From: an uncultured Acidobacteriota bacterium
GTDB lineage: Bacteria > Acidobacteriota > Thermoanaerobaculia > UBA5066
Assembly: GCA_903845115.1 (NCBI GenBank)
Contig: CAIMWE010000119.1
Coordinates: 828-64,827, forward strand
Direction: 5' to 3'
Length of the DNA stretch: 64,000 nucleotides
Under the pieces are notes generated by a model. That model was given only the letters and a program-made list of their open reading frames with translations. It had not been told where the DNA came from and did no database searches. A program made the position numbers and the translations under genes. Shown piece by piece: positions 39,201 to 45,146 of this stretch (position 1 is the stretch's first letter; every line of letters begins with the position of its first letter).

Positions 39201-42200
39201 GGAAGGCGGAAGGCCGCGGGGCAGCACGATGAGTAGGCACCCGGTGCGAGCCGCTCGACGTTCCAGAAGAAACGCTGCATCGCCGAGAGGGGAAAGGCTT
39301 CTTCCGTCTCCGGGCTGCCGGCCAGGGGCTCGAGGGGGCCCGGAAAGCGCCCTGCCGTCCCGATCGCGGCGACCGGCTCGTTGCCGACATGACCTTCCCG
39401 GACAGGCTCTCCCGCGGGCAAGGCGGCCGAGAGGTGCGCGGCGAGCTGCTCGAGGGTGGGGTGCTGGTAGAGCGACGCGACCGGGACCCTCAGCGACAGG
39501 CTCCGCTCGATCCCCGCGGCGAAGGCCGCGAGCCGGATGGAGTCGAAGCCCAGGTCCACGAGGTGGGCCCGGCCGTCGAGGCTCCCGCTCCGCCCGAGCG
39601 TCTCCGCCGCCAGGCTCGCGAGCCGCGGGAGGAGGGTGGTGCCCTCCCCGGCGCCCTCCGCCTTGCCCGCGACAGCGGCCCGCCCGACCTCGCCCTCCGC
39701 GCCGGGCGCCGCCGGGCGACCGTGGACCGCCTCGATGCGCGAGACCTCCCACGTCGACAGCAGCTTGCGGTCCACCTTGTTGTTCGGGGTGAACGGCAGC
39801 TTCGCGACGAGCACCGTCTCCGCCGGCACCATGTACTCCGGCAGCCGGCCGCGGAGGTCCATCAGGATGGCCCGGCCGTCGACGGCCCCTCCCCCCCCGT
39901 CCCCGGGGACGATGAAGGCCACGAGCCGCTCCTGCCCGTCGGCCTCCCGGCGGAGCGCGACGGCCGCGTCGCGGACCCCGCCGTCGCGGAGTAGCGCGGA
40001 CTCCACCTCTCCCAGCTCGATCCGGTAGCCGCGGAGCTTCACCTGGAGGTCCCCGCGCCCGAGGAACTCGACGCGGCCGCTGGGCAGGAACCGCCCCAGG
40101 TCCCCCGATCGGTAGAGCGGCTCGCCGGGGACGAAGGGATCGGGGAGGAACCTGGCGGCGGTCTCCCCGGGGCGGTTCAGGTAGCCCGGCGAGACGCCGA
40201 CCCCGCCGATGCAGATCTCCCCCGGCTCCCCCACGCCGACCGGGTTCAGGCGATCGTCGAGGACGTAATGGCGGTAGTTCGGGAGCGGCAGCCCGAGCGT
40301 GATGTGGCTTCCGGGAAGGACCTCCTCGAGCGACGAGAGGACGGTGGTCTCGGTCGGTCCGTAGCCGGAGAAGAGCCGGTCGACGCGCGCGAGCACCTGG
40401 TCGGCCAGCTCGCGGCTCAGCGCCTCTCCCGCGGTCACGATCGTGATGGGAAGCCTGCGCGTCCACCCGCCGGCGAGGAGGAGGCGCCAGGTGCCCGGCG
40501 TGGCCTGCAGGTAGGTCATCCGCCCCGACTCCACCTTCTCGCGGAGCAGGACGCCGTCGTGCGTGACCGCCGTGGGGAGCACCTCGAGCCACCCCCCCGT
40601 CACGAGCGGCAGGAAGAAGTCGAAGACCGACAGGTCGAAGCAGACCGACGAGATCGCGAGCAGGCCGTCCGAGCGGGAGAAGCCCGTCTTCCTCGCGACG
40701 CCGAGGAGGAGGTTCGTCACCGACTCGTGCCGGACGGGGACCATCTTCGGACGCCCCGTCGATCCGGACGTGGCGATCACGTAGGCCGGGTTCTCCGGCC
40801 GGGCCCGGCGGTGCGTGAAGAGGAGCCCCCCGAACCACTCCCGGCTCGCGGCAGGCTCTTCCCGGCCTTCGCCGTCGAGGAGCACCGGACGGTGCGCCCC
40901 CTCGGGGAGGCGGGACCGGAGGCTCCGGTCCGTGACGACGAGCGGCGCGAGCGTGTCGTCGAGGATCATCCCGATCCTCTCCGCGGGGTAGGCCGGGTCG
41001 AGGGGAACGTACGCGCCCCCCGCCTTCAGGATCCCGAGGAGCGCCACGACGAGCTCGATCCCGCGGTCCAGGAAGACCCCGACGAGGGAGCCGGGTTCCA
41101 CTCCCAGGGCGACGAGCCTCTCGGCCAGCCGGGCGGCCTGCCTGTTCAGCTCGCCGTACGAGAGGCTCCTGCCCTCGAACGCCACGGCCATCGCGGCGGG
41201 CCTGCCACGCACCTGCTCGAGGAAGAGGTCCAGGAGGGTCCTCCCGGGTGGGAAGGGGGTCCTCGTGTCGTTCCACTCCTCGACGACGAGGTGGCGCTCG
41301 ACCTCGCCGACGAGGGAGACCTCCGAGAGCGCCGTGCCCGGCCGGGCCGCGGCCGCTTCCAGGAAGAGCGTGAACCGGCGGGCCATCCGCTCCGCGTCCC
41401 CGTCGGAAAGGAGGGCCCGGTCGTGGACGAACCGCATCGACGAGCCGTCCTCGGCCACGGCGAGGAGGAGCGCCGCGCCTCTAGGGAGAACGGATCGCGC
41501 CGGATCGGGGACGATCTCGCAACGGACCGGGCCGTTCAGGTCCACGTCCCGCAGGGCGGGATACCGGAACGTCACGTCCCGTGAGAAGGGGCCGCGCTCC
41601 TCGAGCGATCGAAGGTCGTCGGCGAGCCGGGCGATGACCTCCCCCACCGGCTCCTCTCCTGGCGGCTCGACGGCGAGCGGGAGGTACTCCGCGAGGAGGG
41701 AGGAAAGCCCGGCCCGCGAGAGGTCGTCCTGTCGATCTTCATGGAGGTGACGGACCGCCAGGCGGAACGGCTCGCGGGTCGCCCAGCGGCTCCAGAAGGC
41801 GGCGAAAGCGGCCACCCCGGCCCGCCCCTCGCGAACGAGGCTCGCCGCGCCGGTCCCGGGACCCGCGGCGAACGAGCCGATCCCTGCCCCGCCCGTGGGC
41901 CGCGCGGCCTGCTCCTGCGGCGCGGCGGGAGAGAGCCGGCCCAGCCGCTCCACGAAGAAGGCCTCCTGCCGGACGGCCCGCGAGCAGCCCTTCGAGAGGA
42001 GTTCCACCTGCTCCGCCCCCGGCGAGTCGAGGCGCATCCCTTTCCGCCAGCTCTTCGCCAGCTCGTCCGGCCCGACCCGGGTTCCCTCCATCGTCAGGAC
42101 GAAAGGAATCCGCACGTCGCCACGTCCGGTCGCGACCGTCGCCCCCCCGGGCGAGACGTCGACGAGGGTGCCGGGGGGAAGCCCGGAGACCGAGTCCAGC

Positions 42201-42997
42201 ACCTCCAGGGCAGGGACGATGAGGAGTTCCGGCCTCCGGGAAGCGTCGCGAGGCGCCACCAGCTTCGCCGTCCCGAAGGGGTTCGGGTGGGGACCGAAGT
42301 CGAGGGCGCGGCAGAGGGAGTCGATCTCCTGCGCGGGACGCCCCCAGTCGATCACCATCGCGCCGGGGGGCCTCTGGAAGCGCCGGTAGAGAGTCCTTTG
42401 CCCCAGCTCCTGCGGGGTCCCCGCGCCGCCGCGCTCGAGAGCGTCGAGGACCTCGGGGAAGCTCTCGAGGCCGGCCTGGAACGCCTTCAGGTTGAGGGTG
42501 AGCGCGGTCTCGGCCGGGTCGACGGCCAGCGTCCGCCGGGCCAGGATCGGCCCGTCGTCCACCCCGGCGCTCATCCGGTGCCACGAGACGCCGTGGACCT
42601 TCTCGCCCTGCAGGATCGCCCACGTCGTGGAGTGGACCCCCGCGTACCGCGGAAGCGGCCCGTCGTGGAAATTCACCGCGCCCCGCTCTGCCAGCGCCAG
42701 CGACTCGGCCGAGAGGAGCTCCTCGTTCGAGACGCTGAAGAGGTAGTCGAGGTGCGTCCCTTCGAGCGCAGGGCGCAGCTCTTCCGCCCGCGCCGTGAGC
42801 CGGGCCGGGATCCCCCGCTCCCCGGCCCACCGGCGGAGCTCGGGATTCGGCGACGAGACCCCTGCGACCCGGTAGCCGCGCGAAACGAGGACCTCGGCGC
42901 ACTGGACGAGGAGGCTGCGTTCCCCGACGAGCCAGCAGGTGGCGAAGGAGCGGGCGCCCCCGGCCGCCTCTCGGAGCGTTCCCCTTCCCTCCGTCAC
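24272..42997 (-). CDS. Hybrid NRPS / trans-AT PKS megasynthase A (6241 aa): F-C*-A-PCP-C-A(Gly)-PCP-KS-ACP-ACP-KS-DH-cMT-ACP-KS-KR-cMT-ACP
   Basis: Track ORF 24272..44062 trimmed to GTG 42997, which overlaps the TGA of the upstream ER gene (GTGA). Approximate domain map in nt follows. Formyltransferase-like 42997-42050 (VNFHDGPLPRYAG, GVDDGPIL). C-terminal half of a C domain 42050-41290. A1 41290-39760 (YVIATSGSTGRPK). PCP 39650-39440 (LGFDSI). C 39300-37990 (HHVVTD). A2 37970-36400 (YVIYTSGSTGRPKG). PCP 36290-36080 (YGVDSV). KS1 35985-34680 (DTACSSS near 35473, HGTGT present). ACP 34060-33850 (LGLDSI). ACP 33740-33530 (LGVDSI). KS2 33410-32140. DH 31600-30740 (HEVEGRLVVP). cMT 30420-29750 (EVGAGTG). 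ACP 29640-29440. KS3 29290-28010. KR 27350-26050 (GGGGGLG, NYSAAS). cMT 25500-24870. ACP 24700-24490 (LGIDSL). No AT domain anywhere. Confidence 0.95.
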   Translation of the reverse strand: MTEGRGTLREAAGGARSFATCWLVGERSLLVQCAEVLVSRGYRVAGVSSPNPELRRWAGERGIPARLTARAEELRPALEGTHLDYLFSVSNEELLSAESLALAERGAVNFHDGPLPRYAGVHSTTWAILQGEKVHGVSWHRMSAGVDDGPILARRTLAVDPAETALTLNLKAFQAGLESFPEVLDALERGGAGTPQELGQRTLYRRFQRPPGAMVIDWGRPAQEIDSLCRALDFGPHPNPFGTAKLVAPRDASRRPELLIVPALEVLDSVSGLPPGTLVDVSPGGATVATGRGDVRIPFVLTMEGTRVGPDELAKSWRKGMRLDSPGAEQVELLSKGCSRAVRQEAFFVERLGRLSPAAPQEQAARPTGGAGIGSFAAGPGTGAASLVREGRAGVAAFAAFWSRWATREPFRLAVRHLHEDRQDDLSRAGLSSLLAEYLPLAVEPPGEEPVGEVIARLADDLRSLEERGPFSRDVTFRYPALRDVDLNGPVRCEIVPDPARSVLPRGAALLLAVAEDGSSMRFVHDRALLSDGDAERMARRFTLFLEAAAARPGTALSEVSLVGEVERHLVVEEWNDTRTPFPPGRTLLDLFLEQVRGRPAAMAVAFEGRSLSYGELNRQAARLAERLVALGVEPGSLVGVFLDRGIELVVALLGILKAGGAYVPLDPAYPAERIGMILDDTLAPLVVTDRSLRSRLPEGAHRPVLLDGEGREEPAASREWFGGLLFTHRRARPENPAYVIATSGSTGRPKMVPVRHESVTNLLLGVARKTGFSRSDGLLAISSVCFDLSVFDFFLPLVTGGWLEVLPTAVTHDGVLLREKVESGRMTYLQATPGTWRLLLAGGWTRRLPITIVTAGEALSRELADQVLARVDRLFSGYGPTETTVLSSLEEVLPGSHITLGLPLPNYRHYVLDDRLNPVGVGEPGEICIGGVGVSPGYLNRPGETAARFLPDPFVPGEPLYRSGDLGRFLPSGRVEFLGRGDLQVKLRGYRIELGEVESALLRDGGVRDAAVALRREADGQERLVAFIVPGDGGGGAVDGRAILMDLRGRLPEYMVPAETVLVAKLPFTPNNKVDRKLLSTWEVSRIEAVHGRPAAPGAEGEVGRAAVAGKAEGAGEGTTLLPRLASLAAETLGRSGSLDGRAHLVDLGFDSIRLAAFAAGIERSLSLRVPVASLYQHPTLEQLAAHLSAALPAGEPVREGHVGNEPVAAIGTAGRFPGPLEPLAGSPETEEAFPLSAMQRFFWNVERLAPGAYSSCCPAAFRLPVDVDLRVLAMALEGVVARHPVLRTGLREEGGEPVQFVRRAAGVPLEVRDVAGLSGDQVVDLVREEGHRSFDLTRDSLLRAALFPGERPLLLLALHHVVTDALTLEALLADLTELYARIRQGLPLPAPPAGPSYRDFVSWQSRLLGGPEGERLRASWRALLPRGLPPLPLALDHRRPEVPRHRGETVWIEADETLFARAAAVAAAEGITRVAAWLAPLHLLLHRHTEEASVAVALPVSGRPAGFEGATGLFMNVVPVVVDLSGDPTARGLRRRVHDALTAALDQAALPLPAILDEARASAGSLPRPPLPVAFYDLGWRDPVHGFAGEGRLLLERVPEVLQEGERDLTLELTRDRGRVRLNFKYDPELFDEATVRGMAGQYLRLVEASFETPDVLAAALPLLGEEERRRVVVTWNDTARDFPLDRRVHDLFAERAREREGALAVVARQESLTYGELARRSARLARRLAAEGIGPSSLVGVLLDRSASLPAALLGVLQTGAAYVPLDPAFPRERLEFMVRDSGLAAIVTSATFASSTASATSAASLASGGFGWLPALASDLGVKIVEVDDGAGADAGELPGRPAGASSPVPGHGLAYVIYTSGSTGRPKGTRVSHRSLTNLLLSMAERPGFSGADRLLAVTTISFDIAALELFLPLVTGGVVEIAPAEETRDGARLRRSLEAGGATVLQATPATFRMLLAAGWKRTRPLKLLCGGERLSPELADRLLGVGDELWNVYGPTETTIWSTAGRVVAGERVDVGRPIANTAVYVLDPAGLPVAPGVAGEVAIGGEGVAEGYHQRPDLTGAAFVPDPFGTPFGNGRLYLTGDRGRFLFDGRIELLGRRDSQVKLRGVRIELGEVENALARVEGIRDAAVVLRPDATGQDQLFAFVVPAEPGSDPAAACARALAAWLPAAMLPSTYVPLAGLPLTPNRKADRRALSTESLDELRSRCGGTLSGEALRPSSQTANEPGEPVRWEAAAVEQTLARIVGRLVHVLPERIDPLRPLGEYGVDSVRFTALAAELSRRFDTPVEATLFYEQTTLRRVASHLLSRQAKSLETADARALSGGRHGGGGRPEPVAIVGIGGIFPGAATLDELWEHLWNGTDLISVIPPERWQAEAIQGSEGEEGKSVSRWGGFVPDVDAFDAAFFGISPREAERMDPQQRLLLRAAWRAFEHSGHAPSSFAGTRTGVFVGASGFDFEETVFRRGAPVTPHTLSGLSHAVLANRISYLFDLCGPSATVDTACSSSLVALHRAVVSVQRGECRAALAGGVNVILSPLSYVALSQGRMLSPEGRCRAFDRGANGYVRGEGAALLLLRPLSEAIADGDTIHAVILGTAENHGGRTHSLTSPNPRAQAELIVEAQSAAGVDPRTVTYVEAHGTGTALGDPIEVNGLKAAFTTLHERRGLPPPSRPTCGIGSLKTNLGHLEAAAGVAGVVKVALAMRHGKLPGLLHNEEVNPLVDLGESPFYLVRENQEWGRLEGSDGAPVPRRAGVSSFGFGGANAHVVLEEHLEEARTAGTGAALVPLSAADRPRLVAQCRELAAFLEGEAGRGVLLHDLAFTLQAGREAMAERVAIVAASVAELREKLLAVAAGGSHRLPSIPGTSNAAGASDLSDLARRWEGGEAVDWKPLHPLHTGRRRRIPLPGHPFEDVRYGAGAAEAPRRVAAGRLVLRPLAGEREPAGASRPEPPSTPPAPLVPPAAPPAARGTGEPRGESRAGLAARLKEELASVLYADAAKLDADRPFVDLGLDSILTVEFARQVERMTGRSFRATDLYDHPTLARLTTHLLEAGAQTLPFPAAPEAAAAPELAVAPSGPSAPLPALSPAQLQEMLAETLAAVLYVEPSRLAPTRAFVDLGVDSILGVEFVRELSRLLRLDLAASTLYDHSTLEALARHLHGLLPDREVADVSRVEASSGPGGEGGPSPGAAPSRDIAIIGCSGRFPGAADVREFWANLAAGVCSVTEVPPERWDSTRLFDEDPGRPGTSTSRWGGFLADVDRFDPLFFSISPSDAELMDPQQRLFLEETWRSLEDAGYSADGLAGSSTGVWVGVTGSDRYRDRLDGSRPAQEMLGNAHSILAGRVSYALDLRGPAIAVDTACSSSLVAIHLACQSLLAGETDLALAGGVTLYLGEDAYVEMTKAGMLAPDGRCKAFDDRADGFVPGEAVGVVVLKRLSEALADSDHVYGVIRGSGVNQDGRSNGLTAPSARSQAELETRVYRRAGVDPGTITLVEAHGTGTKLGDPIEVEALTKSFRERTDRRQFCALGSVKTNIGHTTAAAGVASVIKVLMALRHRKIPPSLHFERENRHLRLADSPFFVSTRLAEWASEPGVPRRAAVSSFGFSGTNAHLVLEEAPQLPPAPASEGPQLFLLSAKTRGSLERRVSDLLGWLSKEGASARMGDVAFTLASRVHFPLRVGLVAESLEELRRELSRLSAPGALDALRTANPPGPGMEEEGERIVSEIVSTRLSGERLREKLVALARLYTAGVVLRLDPWLGGRGRRLPLPTYPFERERCWAAAPQGAVARFAAGAEPPETRRRGEEFVLHRTFRRSDPVVRDHEVEGRLVVPGMVLLGAAVEARTEARRQGLLPGERPGETGVLRVVRVAWLRPVVVEGTETAVRVRLVLDGADAVRFRVESGEATLHAEGALEPVPAGVPPVDLHAAAARMGELLTGEALYALMESSGVRYGPALRGLTRVLFGRDEALATLREEESLPADPFPAALLDAALQATAVLTRGEDGRVRTMLPFGLDELTVHRPVPAGARALVARRGEGRFDAVVAGLEGEVCATVTGLVLREPRGASDGRGAKGSLLELVTAVPLPSRDLDEWNRLQSGRARLEEIARRAALEALLSLGVLRPGSAVPEEGWRHRLGLLPAYVPLVETLLGLAGKVPRGEQTPTAGPAAGSDRLAERHPELGGRLALLSRCADALPDVVTGKRSALEVLFPSGSPELVESVYQGDGLADLANRCVASVVKRFAEERLAVDPRARLDILEVGAGTGATTRAVLDALLPLGTRVRYVFSDVSAAFVRRAAEFLSAYPSVERVKLDLERDPAGQGFPRGSFDVVIGTNVVHATARVGRTLGFLRELLRTGGLAVVSEATVLDDFAVVTFGLTPGWWAFEDAENRIPGSPLVARERWRELFAGLFSRVHDLAAGHPLLARGGQSVLVAEAGPVDSAPGHEGPGAPRRDAVAYVKGLLARVLKIDQARLSEDASFDVYGLDSLGVLDVNRELEKDFGRLPSTLLFEHLTIGALATYFAREHAAALSRMRGPAVPAAPEPAPRPAPQPFALPSPARPREGEGGDIAILGVAGRYPLGATIDEVWESLEAGRSGIRLVPAERWDWRAEGEGAPRWGGFLQGVDRFDSLYFGISPREAAAMDPQERLFLETAAAVLEDAGFTRRHLSALGSEVGVFVGVMAGDYEWLAAEAAARGLVTDAHAAHWPIANRVSYFFDLKGPSLAVDTACSSSLTAIHLACESLRRGECRAAIAGGVNLILHPVHFRRLARAGMLSPGERCRSFGAGADGFVDGEGVGAVLLKPLARALADGDPIRGVIRGSAINAGGKTSGFTVPSPVAQGDLVTAALRSAGVDPRTVTYVEAHGTGTSLGDPVEIAGLTRAFGGGAPGRSWCAIGSAKSNAGHLEAAAGVLGLTKVLLQMWHGKLVPSLHAEELNPKIDFEASPFRVQRELSAWERPRAASPDSLGPLAAPPRRAGVSSFGAGGANAHLVVEEFEPPWRGEREDEGEPELIVLSARDRERLDARVAALASFLSRRLGEGRLADEGLTLGNVAFTLQDGREAMAERLAFVARSVGEAVGLLVEMAAGREPEGVLRGGVRGTPFLSGDDDVRELLDRWVAKGKLSKVGEAWVSGAEVDFGKLARRGPRRKVSLPTYPFAPVRHWIGGGAAEGQPVRREERPPGRRGAAADRLLYVPRWERRSLRPAPAGEPGGVTVVLLPPEKGAEELAARLARAYAGARTVTLRLGSVARVEDGVREVPAADPHALVAALVGALGGDLHGVSRVYHLGALQRAGGALDDLASLQRVQEAGLLSLFRLVKALREGGARSAEILVATGGVHRLFSSEPPSTPFAGTLPGFVRSLSREYGGWRVRCVDLDGRWPSQEAGALAAALRAELAETDAGDVALREGCRFVRTLLPLDVERPVPFTFPERGVVLIVGGGGGLGLELAAHLAAARSRLVLVGRRSLDAAQRARIAEIERLGGEVAYFQADASVPASLEAAVAQGRERFGPIQAAVHSALVLADRTVDRMDEATLQAALSPKVEGCVALLHALRAEPLEFLLFFSSAESFSGDPGQSNYSAASTFEDAFAAAVGAAVTYPVKTVNWGYWGEVGVVATEQYRARLAALGVHSLSTADGMATVDWLLGEPRVRQVLAIRADDGPLARMGADLSRRVVAHALAADASSSSSASSARPRLAPVGRRERDDEASLRFRNALGEMERLGRELLVATLRRMGVPLGAGARLDPVELFRSLGIAPGRRKLFAALFAMLERAGWLREREGLFNGSPGLEEVGRDAEGAAARLAEFGRKVPEVAPQCELLGSCLAAFPGILTGGTQPTDVLFPGGSLERVAGIYRGHAVADAANRLAAQRVRELCEARSLAAGGKGPIRVLEVGAGTGGTSVFVLRELASVPRVEYVYTDVSRAFLAHGRSAFGGEFPFVEFRLLDVEREGAEQGFEAARFDVVVASNVLHATRDLGRTLGRVKGLLAPGGWLVLNEAFEAEDFLTLTFGLLDGWWLGEDVENRIASSPLASAAQWRRLLEEEGFEPLVTEGEAPGEGGVLLARSDGLVRLAGRDRPPEPLAESPVAAMAVPGAAASGEPSTRVRDAVVSSVAKVLELGAGQIDDTTPFTDLGIDSLLAAEVARSIGESLGAELKPTDLYDHPTVGQLVRYVVARPGLPPGAEPARKPVGQKTTGGEAAGDAEAAGVAGDEWIRSLLRHVSEGEVSVSEAERILERG
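33530..34060 (-). other. Tandem ACP didomain following KS1 of megasynthase A
   Basis: FVDLGLDSILTVEF (Ser codon 33946..33944) and FVDLGVDSILGVEF (Ser codon 33619..33617), 109 aa apart. No reductive domain lies between KS1 and KS2. Confidence 0.85.
42050..42997 (-). other. Formyltransferase-like (F) domain at the N-terminus of megasynthase A
   Basis: SFATCWLVGERSLLVQCAEVLVSRGYRVAGV (Fmt-like Rossmann start). NFHDGPLPRYAG (the N/H of the Fmt SLLPxxRG block; His codon at 42667..42665). SAGVDDGPIL (catalytic Asp block). Confidence 0.75.
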
Positions 42998-44385
42998 GAC
43001 GCCGCCATCCCGCGGGCGTCCCGCGCGAAGCTCGCGAGGCGTTCCGAAAGGACTCGCGCCGCGCCGCACATGAGGCGCTCGGCCAGATCGTCGACGTGCC
43101 TCGCGCGCCAGTCCTCGAGCGGCGTGCCCCGGACCCAGCGATTGAAGGCCCCGAGGGCCGGCCCGCACTGGACCTGGTAGTCCACGACGCGATCGGGGTC
43201 CCCTTCCATCGCCCACCGGTTCGACTGGAAGAAGTACCAGCGGAAGACGAGCGCCATCTTCTGCCTGGGGCTTCTCTCTGCCCGTCGCAGCTCCTCCGGC
43301 AGCGCCTCCTCGTAGTACCGGCGCGTCTCCGCGAAGACCTCCTCGAACGTCTTCCCGAAGTAGCGGGACTCGACCTGCCGCCGCGTCGCCGCATCGACCG
43401 ACTCCCAGGAGGCGTGCTGGCGGTAGAGGTCGTAGAGCTTGCTCGCGCGCGCCGGGAAGAAGACCCCCTTCCGGAGCACCTGGATCTTCGCCCCCATCTC
43501 GAACAGGTCGCCCGCCGGGGCGATCGCGGTGTCCTGGACGTCCGCCCCCTGGAGCATCTCCTTGACCCGGTCGCTCGTCCCCGCCTCGACCGTGCACTGG
43601 TTGATCGAGCCGGTGAGGACGAAGTCGGCCCCCAGGAGGAACGCCGCGGCCACCGCCTCCGGCGTCCCGAGGCCGCCCGCGGCCCCGATGCGGGGCGCAT
43701 CCGGATAGCCGAACCGCTCCTGAAGCTCGTCCCGCAGGCGCATCATCGACGGAACCAGGACCAGCGCCACCCCCTGGTCGGTGTGCCCGCCCGAGTCGGC
43801 CTCGGCGCAGACGTCGTGGGCCATGGGGATGGAAGCCGCCAGGTCGGCCTCCTGCGCCGTGATCTTTCCCGCGTCCCGGAGGGACTGGAGGATCGGGCCC
43901 GGCGGCGGAGAGAGAAACTGGCGGGCGATCTCGGGGCGCGAGACCTTCGCGAGGACGCGGTGCGGCGCCGCCACCGTGCCGTCCGCGCGCCGCTCGAGGC
44001 CCGTGACCCGGTACCGGACGAGGGCGGGAGTCATCTGCAGGAACGCCGCCGCCTCGGCGCACGGGACACCCCCCCGGAGGAAGAGGTCCACCGTCCGCTC
44101 CTCCAGCGCCGGGTCCGTCCCCTGGGAGAGGAAGTTCGCCCCGTACGGCTGCGCCGGTCCGAGCGTCGCCTGGAGGAATCGGACGTCCGCCTCCACCCGG
44201 TCGAGCGGGAGGCCGCCGGTCCCCAGGAAGCCGAGCAGGCCCGCCCGTCCCATCCGGGTCACGAGCTCCTTCGAGCCGATCCCCTTGTACATGGCCCCGG
44301 CGACGTAGGCGTACCGGACGCCGTGCTCGCGCCGGAAGGCGGCGCTGCCGAGGCGCGACGGGTCGACCGGGAGTGCCGTCTCCAT
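42994..44385 (-). CDS. PfaD/PksE-type trans-acting enoyl reductase (FMN, nitronate-monooxygenase fold)
   Basis: 463 aa. YAYVAGAMYKGIGSKELV, EADSGGHTD, LRKGVFFPARA; the characteristic C-terminal extension QKMALVFRWYF is present. Confidence 0.9.
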   Translation of the reverse strand: METALPVDPSRLGSAAFRREHGVRYAYVAGAMYKGIGSKELVTRMGRAGLLGFLGTGGLPLDRVEADVRFLQATLGPAQPYGANFLSQGTDPALEERTVDLFLRGGVPCAEAAAFLQMTPALVRYRVTGLERRADGTVAAPHRVLAKVSRPEIARQFLSPPPGPILQSLRDAGKITAQEADLAASIPMAHDVCAEADSGGHTDQGVALVLVPSMMRLRDELQERFGYPDAPRIGAAGGLGTPEAVAAAFLLGADFVLTGSINQCTVEAGTSDRVKEMLQGADVQDTAIAPAGDLFEMGAKIQVLRKGVFFPARASKLYDLYRQHASWESVDAATRRQVESRYFGKTFEEVFAETRRYYEEALPEELRRAERSPRQKMALVFRWYFFQSNRWAMEGDPDRVVDYQVQCGPALGAFNRWVRGTPLEDWRARHVDDLAERLMCGAARVLSERLASFARDARGMAAS

Positions 44386-44389
44386 CCGT

Positions 44390-45136
44390 TCAGCTCCCGA
44401 AGCGCGACTCGATCCGGCCGCGGACCTCGGCCTGGGCGAAGGTGACCCGGTGCATGGCCAGCTCGCTCTCGACGACGGCCGGAAGGGCCTCGCGAATGGG
44501 CCTGGCCAGCTGCCGCTTCAGCTCCTCCAGGGCGACGCGCGGCTTGTCGGCCAGCTCCCGCGCCAGGGCCAGGCCCGTCTCGACGACCTTCTCCCGCTTC
44601 ACCACCCGCATCCCGGCGCCCCGGTCGCGGAGCTCGCCGCCGTGGTAGCTGGCGGCGGTGTAGAGCATTTCGGTGCCCAGGCACTCCCCGAACTTCCGCG
44701 GCACGATGTAGGTCGCCCCCATCCCGGGCGTGAAGCCGTACCGCATGAAGTTCGCGGCGTAGAGCGACTCCTCCGAGAGGACGAGGAGGTCCGCGAAACA
44801 GCCCAGGGCGAGCCCGCCTCCGAGGGCGTGCCCCTGCATCGCGGCGATCACCGGGATGCGGCAGCGGAGGAAGACGTCGAAGAAGCCCGCGTCGACGAAC
44901 TGGAGCTTCCCCTCGAGGATGGAGAGCAGCTCTTCCTTCGTCCCTCCGCAGCAGAAGTAGGTGTCGTAGCCGTGCACGACGACGACCCTGAGGTCCGGGT
45001 CGGCCTCCACCTCGGCGAAGGCCCCGAGGAGAGCCTGGACGAAGGGACGCGAGAACGTGTTCCTGCTGGCGCGGTCCTCCAGGACGACGACTCCGATGCC
45101 GTTCCCGGCGCGCTTCAGGGAGACGACCTCGCTCAC
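44390..45136 (-). CDS. Enoyl-CoA hydratase-family decarboxylase ECH2 (PksI-like) of the beta-branching cassette
   Basis: 248 aa. HGYDTYFCCGGTKEELL...IPVIAAMQGHALGGG...ANFMRYGFTPGMGATYIVPRKFG is nearly colinear with my recollection of B. subtilis PksI. GTG start with GAGGAGGA RBS. Confidence 0.9.
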   Translation of the reverse strand: MSEVVSLKRAGNGIGVVVLEDRASRNTFSRPFVQALLGAFAEVEADPDLRVVVVHGYDTYFCCGGTKEELLSILEGKLQFVDAGFFDVFLRCRIPVIAAMQGHALGGGLALGCFADLLVLSEESLYAANFMRYGFTPGMGATYIVPRKFGECLGTEMLYTAASYHGGELRDRGAGMRVVKREKVVETGLALARELADKPRVALEELKRQLARPIREALPAVVESELAMHRVTFAQAEVRGRIESRFGS

Positions 45137-45146
45137 GGATTCCTCC

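Noticed and set aside
27128-41276. Very long alternative-frame and antisense ORFs inside megasynthase A (for example 27128..34129 +, 27981..36284 -, 34259..37033 +, 36303..41276 -, 37364..39232 +)
   Set aside because: All are Arg/Pro/Gly-dominated with no domain motifs. The chosen frame reads continuously through recognisable A, C, PCP, KS, DH, MT, KR and ACP motifs.
42998-44062. First 355 codons of the 6596-aa ORF 24272..44062
   Set aside because: These codons overlap the well-supported PfaD-type reductase gene in another frame and are RPG-rich. The real megasynthase starts at GTG 42997, in a GTGA overlap with the reductase stop.
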